A DNA stretch of 64,000 bases from Nanobdellota archaeon (GTDB lineage Archaea > Nanobdellota > Nanobdellia > Parvarchaeales > Parvarchaeaceae): NCBI GenBank assembly GCA_021802105.1, contig JAKAAW010000001.1, forward strand, positions 8,150-72,149. The letters run 5' to 3'. Position 1 is the stretch's first letter. Each line of letters opens with the position of its first letter. Shown one piece after another: positions 25,889-35,456 of the stretch. Below the pieces are notes generated by a model, which worked only from the letters and a program-made list of their open reading frames with translations, was not told the origin of the DNA and searched no databases. The translations under genes and the position numbers were made by a program.

Positions 25889-28138
25889 ATGGAAGCAAAA
25901 AACAAAGATTATACAATAAATAGGGAAGAAGGTGAGATAGCACTCACTTACAAGGTACCACTGAGCGTCCTGTATCCAAACCCGGAGGACAACGAGAATA
26001 TATTCAGCAAAATAGTCAGTGCTATAATCGAATCTGGAAGCATAACATCCCTTATAATCATAAGCGACAGAAACTATGTTTACGTAAAAGATTCCGTTGA
26101 GCTTCTCAACGACCTAGCTGAACAATACAAGAACATCCTGCAATCGGACATATCAAAACCTTTCGACGCAGAGACTCAGCGCGCCCTTCCAGACGAAATG
26201 TCTATGTTCAATTATATTCTGTTCGATCGCCTGAAGATGGACCCAGTAGGCGCTTACGTTACAGGAGTCCGTGCCTTGAGAGAACTTAAGGTTAAAGCTA
26301 GAGCGTCTCCATCGTCGTCACTTGACCTCTTTGTGGAGAGGATGGACTCTCTAATGAGCCGCATAAGCGCTCTTAAGATTGTTCAGAAAAGCATGGCGTT
26401 TGTACTCGGTTACAAAATAGGAGACAGGACTCCATATAAGGCGCTCTTTAAGCCGCTTATACGACCTAATTTCACTTACACACGAATAATGTCTGAGCCA
26501 CCCATGTCCGCCATAGAAGTTGAGACGTACAAACTTAAGAATTCGGAAGGCACCGACGTTACCATATATAGGTTGCCAGGTATGTCACAATATCTCTATC
26601 ATATGTCCCCTCCAGAGCTGCTTTTGAATGTCGATGAATACAACATTCTTGACCAGGTAAGAACCGCTCTTATAGACTACAAACCGCAGGAGACGGAATT
26701 CACGGACCCTCTTAGGATGCGTGAGGTATTCTATAACATAGCAATAGACATGATAAGTGATATAAGCGAAAAAGAAGGTTATAGGCTTGCGTTCAGGGAC
26801 ATAGAGAAGTTAGCCAGCATATTAGTGAGACTGACCGTCGGATTTGGAATGACGGAGGTTATCCTTTCTGATGACAGGGTAGAGGACGTGTATATAAACG
26901 CTCCGATAAGTAAATCACCACTGTTTGTAAAACACGCAACGTATGGTGAATGCTCGACAAATATAATACCTAATGCAAAAGAAGTAGATGCTTGGGCCTC
27001 CAGGTTTAGGTTACTGTCTGGGAGACCTCTCGATGAGGGTCACCCTGTACTTGATACAGAGTTGATAACACAAAAGATACGTTCAAGGGTCGCAATAACT
27101 CAGCGTCCGCTGTCACCGAATGGTCTAAGCATAGCTTTCAGGCGGCACAGGGAAGCCCCATGGACTCTGCCGCTGTTCGTAAATAATAAGATGATATCGC
27201 CTATTGCAGCAGGTCTCCTATGGTTCTGTGTTGAAGGGGCACGTTCAGTTTTAATCAATGGTACAAGAGGCGCCGGTAAGACGTCACTTCTTACAGCACT
27301 TATGCTTATGATGATGAAGAAATACAGGATAATAACTGTAGAGGATACTCTTGAGATACCGACGGATGTGTTCAACGACATAGGTTATGATATTCTATCC
27401 ATGAAAGTACAGAGTGCGATAGTCGGCGAGAAAGCAGAGATGTCTGCAGAAGAAGGGATAAGGACGACCCTAAGGTTAGGTGACAGTGCGCTTATAGTCG
27501 GAGAGGTTAGAAGCACAGAAGCCAGGGCTCTTTATGAAGCCATGAGAGTTGGCGCGCTTTCCAATGTGGTTATGGGTACAATACATGGAGAGAGCCCTTA
27601 CGGAGTATTTGACAGAGTAGTCAATGATCTCGGTGTTCCGAAGACAAGTTTTAAGGCCACTGACCTCATAGTCTCAGTTAATAAAATAAAGAGCGTGGAC
27701 AGATTGACTGAGAGAAGAAGAGTGCTTGCAATAACAGAAGTAAGAAAGGACTGGTCGGACGACCCCAAGTATGAAAACGGGTTCGTCGATCTAGTCAAGT
27801 ACGATATAGAGAATGATATGCTAGTCCCTACAAATGATCTTCTTGAGGGCAACAGTTACATAGTCAAGGAAATCGCTTCAAAAGTAGAGGGATGGGCTGG
27901 TGATTGGGACGCAGTACTTGATAACATACAGGCAAGGGGGGAAATTTTAAAGATGATATCTGACTATGCAGATAAGACTGGTGATAGAGATATCTTGGAA
28001 GCCAAAGCCTCGACGGAAGCAGTCGATCAATATTATGAAATAGTAAACAAACTAAATGAAGAATTGGGGAGACCGCCGGACGGCAAAAGAATAGTGAGGG
28101 CGTTTGAATTATGGATAAAGGGAAGAAAACAAAGGTAA
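25889..28138 (+). CDS. Type IV pilus/type II secretion assembly ATPase (VirB11/FlaI/CpaF family) with long N-terminal extension
   Basis: Walker A GTRGAGKTS, VEDTLE, LRLGDSALIVGEVRS, GTIHG. Confidence 0.92.
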   Translation: MEAKNKDYTINREEGEIALTYKVPLSVLYPNPEDNENIFSKIVSAIIESGSITSLIIISDRNYVYVKDSVELLNDLAEQYKNILQSDISKPFDAETQRALPDEMSMFNYILFDRLKMDPVGAYVTGVRALRELKVKARASPSSSLDLFVERMDSLMSRISALKIVQKSMAFVLGYKIGDRTPYKALFKPLIRPNFTYTRIMSEPPMSAIEVETYKLKNSEGTDVTIYRLPGMSQYLYHMSPPELLLNVDEYNILDQVRTALIDYKPQETEFTDPLRMREVFYNIAIDMISDISEKEGYRLAFRDIEKLASILVRLTVGFGMTEVILSDDRVEDVYINAPISKSPLFVKHATYGECSTNIIPNAKEVDAWASRFRLLSGRPLDEGHPVLDTELITQKIRSRVAITQRPLSPNGLSIAFRRHREAPWTLPLFVNNKMISPIAAGLLWFCVEGARSVLINGTRGAGKTSLLTALMLMMMKKYRIITVEDTLEIPTDVFNDIGYDILSMKVQSAIVGEKAEMSAEEGIRTTLRLGDSALIVGEVRSTEARALYEAMRVGALSNVVMGTIHGESPYGVFDRVVNDLGVPKTSFKATDLIVSVNKIKSVDRLTERRRVLAITEVRKDWSDDPKYENGFVDLVKYDIENDMLVPTNDLLEGNSYIVKEIASKVEGWAGDWDAVLDNIQARGEILKMISDYADKTGDRDILEAKASTEAVDQYYEIVNKLNEELGRPPDGKRIVRAFELWIKGRKQR

Positions 28139-30222
28139 CTCCCTTAAAGGATAGCGACATTGTAGACAACTACCTGTCATCAGGGATCGTGCCGTCTGAT
28201 CTTTATAATAAGGATCAGTCCGTGAGAGAAGAGCTTAGGTCAGTTGAATACAAAGTCTTCAAGAGGGAGAACCCCTCTTTCCTATCGAAAATTATAATTT
28301 TTGGTGCGTCAACTGTAGGAAAAGTCATCCAGTTCAGGATAAATGAAAAAGAGGAAAAGAAACTTAATACTACTCTCTACCTACTCGGCTACGATTTTGA
28401 TGCAAAGCAACTCTACGGCTTCTCTCTTTTTGTTCTAGTTCTTGGAATAGTATTAAGTATAGCCCTTTTTGCGATTTCGCAGGTATTAGTAGGACTTTTC
28501 TTTATGGCATTTGGAGTAGGAGGTTATTTCTTAGTGCAAAATTACCCAAAACAACAGCTCTCTATAAGGCTAAGCAAATCGTCTAGCGATCTCGTTACTT
28601 TTATCCTCTATCTAGTGATATTCATGCGACAGACGCCAAACCTGGAAGCAGCTGTCCAGTTTGCATCTGAAAACTTAACTAGCTATCTCGCTTTCGATCT
28701 CAAGAAACTAATGTGGGACACTGCCGCAAGAAAATACGTAAACATAAAGGAGGCACTTGACGATTTTTCAAAAAGATGGATGAAAACAAGTCCTGCATTC
28801 ACAGATGCGCTTTTCCTTGTGGAGAGTTCAACCTCTCAGGAAGATGAGGCCGGCAGACTCGCACTTCTAGACGAGGCCTCACAGAGGATATTGAGCGGAA
28901 CGTTTGAAGCAATGACGGATTATGCGTCTACTTTAAAGGAGCCCCTAAACACAGTGTATATGTTGGGTATGGTTCTGCCTGTTTTAGGTCTGGTCCTGGC
29001 TCCGATGATGATGGCGTTCGTAGCTATACCAGATTTTGGTGTTCTTCTAGCAGTAATGTATGATATAGCTCTGCCTTTATTAGTGTATTTCTTGCTTAGG
29101 GGAAGACTTTTGGTCAGACCTGCAGGGTTTGCAGCGCCGGATTTGAATGAGGTGCCTGGGCTGCCAAAAATTGGCAGCTTCTTTGTCAAGATAGGATCAA
29201 AAAAGATAAAGGTAAATGCCATGCTTCCCGCGATAGGAGTGTTTGCAATTTTTGCAGTTGTAGTAGCGTTTTTGTTCCCGTACATGCTCGTATTTGGGCC
29301 GACTCAGATATACGTTTCTGTTCTTGTAACAGCCGGCATAGGTTTTGCCCTTTTCACCTACTTCAAACTTTCAATAATACAGTTAAAATCCACGGAGGAC
29401 GAATTGATAAGAACACAGAATTCCTTCGGTGATTCACTGTTCCAGATGGGGTCTCTGCTTGCTCAAGGTTTTCCCCCTGAAACTACTATAGTAAAGGTTA
29501 GTGAGACCATGAAAAATACCCCGATGGCGGATTTCTTCAACATCACTGTCAACAATGTCCAAAATTTAGGCATGTCTATAAAGGAAGCATTTTTCAATAA
29601 AGTAAACGGATCAACCAGGTTCTTTCCATCATCAATGATAATTGCTGGCATACGAATATTCATAGAAGCATCAAGGAAAAGTGTAGCCAATGCCTCTGCT
29701 GCAACACTTTATGTCTCAAAGCATCTCGCGAACCTGCGCAGGATAAATCAGGAGGTAAAGAACCTTTTAGAGGAAGTTACTTCTGGTATGCGTGTTGAAG
29801 TCGGATTGCTGAGCCCGGTCATGGCAGGTATAGTAGTGGGATTGACGACACTAATTGGGGTGGTCTTAAGATCTCTCGCTGGGAGCATCAATAATATACA
29901 ATCGAGCGTCTCTACATCCAGCGGTGCCGGTGGAGTTGGTTCTGTAGTACCCTTCGCGTTTAGCCTATTTAATCTGAGCGGAGGGCAGATACCACTCTAC
30001 ACTTTTCAGATAATAATAGGTCTATACCTGATAAGTCTAAGTGTAATAATAGGTTACGCAATAGCTACCATTTCCCAACCTGGAGATAGGATAGTTATGA
30101 GAGACACAATCGCATCAGTCCTGCTCACATCGATGGCACTTTATATAATTATAACATTCATAGTCACGCTTGTGTTCTCTTCAGTAGGCGGACTCGTACT
30201 CGGCGCGACGCACTTAGCGTAA
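28111..30222 (+). CDS. Pilus membrane platform protein (TadC/FlaJ/T2SS-F like)
   Basis: Polytopic, two cytoplasmic helical domains (PNLEAAV, G.PPE), overlaps the ATPase. Confidence 0.75.
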   Translation: MDKGKKTKVTPLKDSDIVDNYLSSGIVPSDLYNKDQSVREELRSVEYKVFKRENPSFLSKIIIFGASTVGKVIQFRINEKEEKKLNTTLYLLGYDFDAKQLYGFSLFVLVLGIVLSIALFAISQVLVGLFFMAFGVGGYFLVQNYPKQQLSIRLSKSSSDLVTFILYLVIFMRQTPNLEAAVQFASENLTSYLAFDLKKLMWDTAARKYVNIKEALDDFSKRWMKTSPAFTDALFLVESSTSQEDEAGRLALLDEASQRILSGTFEAMTDYASTLKEPLNTVYMLGMVLPVLGLVLAPMMMAFVAIPDFGVLLAVMYDIALPLLVYFLLRGRLLVRPAGFAAPDLNEVPGLPKIGSFFVKIGSKKIKVNAMLPAIGVFAIFAVVVAFLFPYMLVFGPTQIYVSVLVTAGIGFALFTYFKLSIIQLKSTEDELIRTQNSFGDSLFQMGSLLAQGFPPETTIVKVSETMKNTPMADFFNITVNNVQNLGMSIKEAFFNKVNGSTRFFPSSMIIAGIRIFIEASRKSVANASAATLYVSKHLANLRRINQEVKNLLEEVTSGMRVEVGLLSPVMAGIVVGLTTLIGVVLRSLAGSINNIQSSVSTSSGAGGVGSVVPFAFSLFNLSGGQIPLYTFQIIIGLYLISLSVIIGYAIATISQPGDRIVMRDTIASVLLTSMALYIIITFIVTLVFSSVGGLVLGATHLA

Positions 30223-30320
30223 CTTAAATAATAAAAAAGCTCAAAAAAATGACTAATTTTGCGGTAACCTTATATATGATTAATTCCAAATATACCTATA
30301 AACAATGGAGGTAGTGTAAA

Positions 30321-30563
30321 ATGACAGCAAAATTTGCCTGTAAGGACATAGGTTTGGAGTGCGACTTCACAGCGGAGGCGCCTACAAAAGAAGAGCTCAT
30401 GCCAAAGATCGCGGAGCACGCGAAGGTGGCTCACAGCATGGAAAACATAACAGATGATGTCAAAGCGAAGATTGACGCCGCAATAAAGGTTGAGGAATCA
30501 CCAGTTGAAGCACCTCAAACGGAAGCAGCTCCTCAGACCGAAGAGCAGAAGCCTGAAGCTTAA
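30321..30563 (+). CDS. DUF1059-like small metal-binding protein
   Basis: FACKDIGLECDF...EEL...EHA...H; SD GGAGGT. Confidence 0.85.
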   Translation: MTAKFACKDIGLECDFTAEAPTKEELMPKIAEHAKVAHSMENITDDVKAKIDAAIKVEESPVEAPQTEAAPQTEEQKPEA

Positions 30564-30582
30564 TTGCGACGGTTTAATTGTA

Positions 30583-30616
30583 GGGAGAAGACTTAAGTCT
30601 TCCCCTTCTTTTTTTT
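30583..30616 (+). terminator. GC hairpin plus T-tract
   Basis: GGGAGAAGAC-TTAA-GTCTTCCCC then TTCTTTTTTTT. Confidence 0.65.
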
Positions 30617-30662
30617 ACAAGCACTCACTCGTTAAGGTCTAAGCACTTTGGCTGTCAAACTC

Positions 30663-31532
30663 TCAAAGTAATTCTTTTTTAAGAATAAGGGGTATTTCGT
30701 CTATGCTGTTGGCCACATGAACGCCAGCTTTCCTAAAAGCGTCTATCTTGCTCTTAGCAGTCCCTTTGTTACCGGATATTATTGCGCCTGCATGCCCCAT
30801 CTTTTTTCCATGAGGGGCGTATACTCCTGCTATAAATGCCACTACAGGTTTTGAATAACCTCTTTTTATAATTTCTGCAGCCTCTTCTTCAGCGGTTCCG
30901 CCTATCTCTCCAACCATAACCACTGCACCAGTATCATCGTCCTTTTCAAACATTTTTAAAACATCCGAGAACGTTGTTCCAGGTATTTTGTCCCCGCCTA
31001 TGCCTACAACTGTGCTCTCCCCAAATCCAGCTCTGCTTATAGCATCGACAACTTCATATGTGAGGGTGCCGCTGCGTGATATAACCCCTATTTTGCCTCT
31101 TTTCAAAACCATATTTGGTATTATACCTATCTTTCCTACTCCAGGGGTTGCTATACCAGGACAATTGGGTCCTATTATCCGCGCCTGGTTTTCTCTCGCA
31201 TAAAGAAGCAGATCCAGCATATCATGTGAGGGGATGTGTTCAGTTATCACTACAACAAGCTTTATACCTCCATCTATCGCTTCTATGACTGCATCCTTGG
31301 CAAATTGCGCCGGAACAAATACAGCGGACGCATTAGCGCCAGTTGCCTTTACAGCACTATTTACGTCGTCGTACACACTAACTCCACAAATTTTAGAACC
31401 GCCTTTGCCAGGAGTCACTCCAGCTACTATTTTCGTACCGATATCTACCATAGCTTTCGTATGGAATTTGCCCTGATGCCCAGTTATTCCCTGCACTATT
31501 ATCTTACTGTTTCTGTCAAGTAGCACACCCAT
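30663..31532 (-). CDS. sucD: Succinyl-CoA synthetase alpha subunit
   Basis: [32 protein letters not shown] phospho-His; start re-called. Confidence 0.96.
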   Translation of the reverse strand: MGVLLDRNSKIIVQGITGHQGKFHTKAMVDIGTKIVAGVTPGKGGSKICGVSVYDDVNSAVKATGANASAVFVPAQFAKDAVIEAIDGGIKLVVVITEHIPSHDMLDLLLYARENQARIIGPNCPGIATPGVGKIGIIPNMVLKRGKIGVISRSGTLTYEVVDAISRAGFGESTVVGIGGDKIPGTTFSDVLKMFEKDDDTGAVVMVGEIGGTAEEEAAEIIKRGYSKPVVAFIAGVYAPHGKKMGHAGAIISGNKGTAKSKIDAFRKAGVHVANSIDEIPLILKKELL

Positions 31533-31533
31533 A

Positions 31534-32631
31534 TTACAAAGAAGCCTCCACCGCAGCCCGCACCGCATCACTCATAGACTCAAAAGCGTTTATCCCTTTT
31601 TTAATCAAGATTTTTTTCCCGCGTTCTGTATTGAATCCGCTAAGCCTTACAAATATTTTGAAATTAGGTTTTATTTTTTTAACAGCGTTGGCTATACCTT
31701 CTGCAACAGTATCTGCCTTCGTGACGCCCCCGAATACGTTTATTAAAAGCACAGAGGGGTGTTCTCTTGACACCAGGGCTATAGCTTTCTCAACTTTTGA
31801 AGGTTCATCAGTGCCTCCTAAATCAAGAAAATCCCCTGCTTTTCCCCCCAGTCTCTCTATCATATCTATTGTAGCCATTGTTAACCCCGCACCATTTGCT
31901 ATCAACCCGATATTACCAGACAATCTAACAAAAGAGATATTATCTTTAGCTGCCTCTCTCTCAAGCAAATCAGAACTTTCAGGTACGCAGATATGCTTGT
32001 GTCTGAACATAGCGTCGTCATCTATGCTAATCTTTGAGTCTAACGCTATCAGACCTCTTTTTGTTACACCTAGCGGATTTATCTCGACTAATTCCGCATC
32101 TTCCTTTGTATACAGGTTCCATACGGAATCTAGTAAGTTGTAGAGGTCATTTTTTAGTAGTTTTGTTACTCCCAGTCTGAAGGCAATGTCCTCTTTTACA
32201 TAATCAGGTATTCCGATAAAATTATTAAGAGTATATGAACTGATGTATTTTTTGTCTACATTCTCTATGTCTACGCCGCCTTTTTTGGACACTATAAGAA
32301 CCGGTGATCGAACGCTCCTGTCTATGGAGATACTTAAGTAAAACTGTCTAGTGGTCTTCTCCGGCTTTTCCAAGAGAAAAGCCTTTCCTTTGTATCCTAA
32401 AAAATTCGAAGAAGCCATCCGTAGGATGTTCTTCCTTAAGTCTGAATATTTTGATACTCTCACTACACCACCTAGTTTATACCTGTGCCCAGTCGGTACC
32501 TGTACTTTTACATACACAGGTAATTTTACATCCTTTGGCTTGGGAACCCCTTTGACAAGTTTTCCATTTGGGGTCTTTATACCATATCTTTTAAAAAGTA
32601 ATTTTCCTTGGTATTCTAGAAGATTTACCAT
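31534..32631 (-). CDS. sucC: Succinyl-CoA synthetase beta subunit
   Basis: LLEYQGK, GGVDIE, VEINPL, ALDSK, NGAGL.MAT.D, FLDLGG, NVFGG. Confidence 0.93.
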   Translation of the reverse strand: MVNLLEYQGKLLFKRYGIKTPNGKLVKGVPKPKDVKLPVYVKVQVPTGHRYKLGGVVRVSKYSDLRKNILRMASSNFLGYKGKAFLLEKPEKTTRQFYLSISIDRSVRSPVLIVSKKGGVDIENVDKKYISSYTLNNFIGIPDYVKEDIAFRLGVTKLLKNDLYNLLDSVWNLYTKEDAELVEINPLGVTKRGLIALDSKISIDDDAMFRHKHICVPESSDLLEREAAKDNISFVRLSGNIGLIANGAGLTMATIDMIERLGGKAGDFLDLGGTDEPSKVEKAIALVSREHPSVLLINVFGGVTKADTVAEGIANAVKKIKPNFKIFVRLSGFNTERGKKILIKKGINAFESMSDAVRAAVEASL

Positions 32632-32682
32632 TATAGATTATGATTCTGCCAATTAAAATTATTACTTTTTAAGAGGATGTTG

Positions 32683-33996
32683 CTATCTGCCGGATATTTG
32701 TGCTTTGTCGACCAGTATAGCCGGTGAAAAAACGCCCCCGAGACCAACGACCTTCGAACCAACTCCTACAACATTTTTCATAAGATCTATCATATTTATT
32801 CCAATCATCGTTTCTTTTACTGGGTATTTTTTCTCACCAGATTCTATATAATATCCCTCAGATACCATGGCTGAGAGATCTCCAGTCGACATATTTGGCC
32901 GATCGCCCGTGTCTAAAAGATAAATCCCCCTCTTTATCCTAGAGATAAGTTTCTCTTCGGAGGTTCTACCCGGCTTTAGCATCAGATTAGTTGTACCTAT
33001 AAAATCTCCTGGCCAACCAAATCCATTCCCTGTAGGTTCCTGATGCAATTTTTCTGAACTATATATATTGTGTAAATATGTCCTCAGAACACCGTTTTTT
33101 ATCAAGCTTTTCTCGAATGTTGGCATTATCTCATCATCGAAGGATCTGTTAAATGGACTTCCTTGAACATAGGGTTTCTCGGATAAATCAATCAGTTTTG
33201 ATGCGACTGTTTTTCCTAACTTCCCCGTCAAGAAGCTAACCTTCTTTAATATCTCTTCTCCACTCATCGCATCGACGAATGCGCTTATGATAGAGGCCGT
33301 AGTTTCTGGTGCGATAAGCACCATCCCTTTGAATGTAGGTGCACGCTGTGCGTTCAGCATGCTTACAGCGATATCCGCCGATTCATCAAAAACTTTATTA
33401 AAATGTAGTCCATAAGGATCAAGCGCCTCTTCTTGTCGTGAATCCGAAGCTTGTTCAGTTCCATCTTTTGCTATCACATTGGAAGATACAATCGAATAGC
33501 TCCCTTCCCAGTCCCCTCTTATCCCAGAACTGTTAGCGGCATGTAGTGACGAACTCGAATATGAGAGCCACGCGTTTATGGAATACATCTTATCAATCGA
33601 AGCTATACCATTTACTGAAGACAAAAGTCGAGTCTTCATTTCACTCACCTCAACATCGCCTATATTCTTGCTTATCGGATTACTTATATTCTCGTGTGGC
33701 TTCCATGAGAACCTGCCTTGCGTGTCTTCGGAACCATTCTTTGCTAGCTCATAAGCCTTCTTCAACAGATTTTGAATTTCGTTGTAAGACGCAATATGAG
33801 CGATTACGGATGAAGATTTTCCCTTGTACATAGAACGTATAATAATCGACTTGCTGTTTATCGTATCCGAGCTTTTAAAAGAGCCTCTCTCTACCCTGAG
33901 ATTGCACTCTTCGCTCTCAACAACTCTTACTTCGAACTGTGCCTCCAAACCAGAGGAGTTTATTATAGAGTATAATTTATCACTGTCCACCGACAA
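32683..33996 (-). CDS. pmbA: TldE/PmbA family protein
   Basis: FDDE, PTGNG, TGDLS, GYYIE.G; no HEXXH; paired with tldD. Confidence 0.88.
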   Translation of the reverse strand: MSVDSDKLYSIINSSGLEAQFEVRVVESEECNLRVERGSFKSSDTINSKSIIIRSMYKGKSSSVIAHIASYNEIQNLLKKAYELAKNGSEDTQGRFSWKPHENISNPISKNIGDVEVSEMKTRLLSSVNGIASIDKMYSINAWLSYSSSSLHAANSSGIRGDWEGSYSIVSSNVIAKDGTEQASDSRQEEALDPYGLHFNKVFDESADIAVSMLNAQRAPTFKGMVLIAPETTASIISAFVDAMSGEEILKKVSFLTGKLGKTVASKLIDLSEKPYVQGSPFNRSFDDEIMPTFEKSLIKNGVLRTYLHNIYSSEKLHQEPTGNGFGWPGDFIGTTNLMLKPGRTSEEKLISRIKRGIYLLDTGDRPNMSTGDLSAMVSEGYYIESGEKKYPVKETMIGINMIDLMKNVVGVGSKVVGLGGVFSPAILVDKAQISGR

Positions 33997-35356
33997 CCAC
34001 TCCCTTTATCCTTATGTTTGGGCCTCCCGTGCCCACTGAGACCCATTGCCCCTCTTTCCCGCACGTTCCATCATCTAGGTCGAACTCATATTTGCTTATC
34101 GCATCTATACGATTAAGTATATCCAGTGTGCTCCCCGTCAGAGCCGCATCTCTAACAAACTCTGCCAGTTTCCCATGTCTTATCATCCTTCCATACTGTG
34201 CTTTGAACATAAATTTTCCACTACCAGGATCAACATAACCGTATTGGAATCCATAGAACATAACACCCTTCTCTATTCCCTCAAATATGTCCTCTTCGAA
34301 ATCTCCTTGCGCTATAAGGGTATTTGACATACGCGCTATTGGTTTTACCTTGTAATTCATAGCTCTTGCCGCCCCGTTTGGGGCTGCGTTGAGTCTGCTG
34401 GCAGTTTCTAGAGTGTGCAGGTAATTCTTGAGGACACCATTTTCTACTATGATTCTTCTTTCGGCCCTTGTGCCTTCCTGATCGAATGAGAAAGACCCTC
34501 TTCTATCCTTCAGTGTCGGATCATCTATTATATTTACTATCTCATTTCCGACTTTCTTTTCGAGTTTCCCCTCAAGAACTGATGCCCCTTCAAGTATCCC
34601 ATCCGCTTCAGAAGCATGTCCAAACGCCTCATGCGTATAGGTACCTGTCATAGAATAATCAAGAACCACATCGTATTTGCCGCCTTTGACTTGTTTTGCG
34701 TTTCTTATCATATTTGATTCCTTTTTTGCATCACTGCCCAATTTTTCAGGCACGTTTCCGTCAAAGAGTTCAAACCCAGTGTTTGCTCCTATGGATTTTC
34801 TCACGTATTGCACAGAGGAGCCGTCCTTCACAAAAGAGAATGTTAGAAGTCTAGGGGCAGAATCGGAAAATGAAACAATATTCCCTATATTGCTTCCTAC
34901 CATCCAAGATGACACTCCATCCCCGTATATTGTCCTAGTCGATACTGTGTATCTTCCCATCGCCGCTTTGTCGGCTCGTTTGACCACATCAAGCTTGTCT
35001 TTTATCCCTACACCTCTTGTATCCAGCCTCCAGTTCGGCTTTACGACCGCGTTGTTCTCTTGAGGAGTTATCTTAAATCCTTTCCCATTGTTTGGCTTGC
35101 TTCTTAGTACTTTGTATGCGTAATCAACAGATTTCTTTATTGCAGCTTTTGTCATATCATCTGATGATGAGAAAGCCCAGACCCCTCCTTTAAGAAGTCT
35201 TAGACCAAACCCGCCGCTTTTTGTCTCGGAGACGCTTCTGACGATTCCATTCTCCATGATTATGGAGGTCCCATCAGTTTCATTTAGTCTTATATCCCCA
35301 TAAAATCCTCCCTTAACGAGGTTAGAGAAATATTTTATCAGATCCTCATCTAGCAT
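33980..35356 (-). CDS. tldD: TldD family metalloprotease
   Basis: HEAFGHASEAD, DDPT, FDQEG, RMSNT, GTCGKEGQ. Confidence 0.93.
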   Translation of the reverse strand: MLDEDLIKYFSNLVKGGFYGDIRLNETDGTSIIMENGIVRSVSETKSGGFGLRLLKGGVWAFSSSDDMTKAAIKKSVDYAYKVLRSKPNNGKGFKITPQENNAVVKPNWRLDTRGVGIKDKLDVVKRADKAAMGRYTVSTRTIYGDGVSSWMVGSNIGNIVSFSDSAPRLLTFSFVKDGSSVQYVRKSIGANTGFELFDGNVPEKLGSDAKKESNMIRNAKQVKGGKYDVVLDYSMTGTYTHEAFGHASEADGILEGASVLEGKLEKKVGNEIVNIIDDPTLKDRRGSFSFDQEGTRAERRIIVENGVLKNYLHTLETASRLNAAPNGAARAMNYKVKPIARMSNTLIAQGDFEEDIFEGIEKGVMFYGFQYGYVDPGSGKFMFKAQYGRMIRHGKLAEFVRDAALTGSTLDILNRIDAISKYEFDLDDGTCGKEGQWVSVGTGGPNIRIKGVVVGGQ

Positions 35357-35456
35357 AATTTAATCCGAATGATTTATTTTGTCCCACAATGGTTAAATAA
35401 GTATGTCGTATAATTAATATTATAAGTCTTTACAGCTAGATTATCAGCTATCTACA

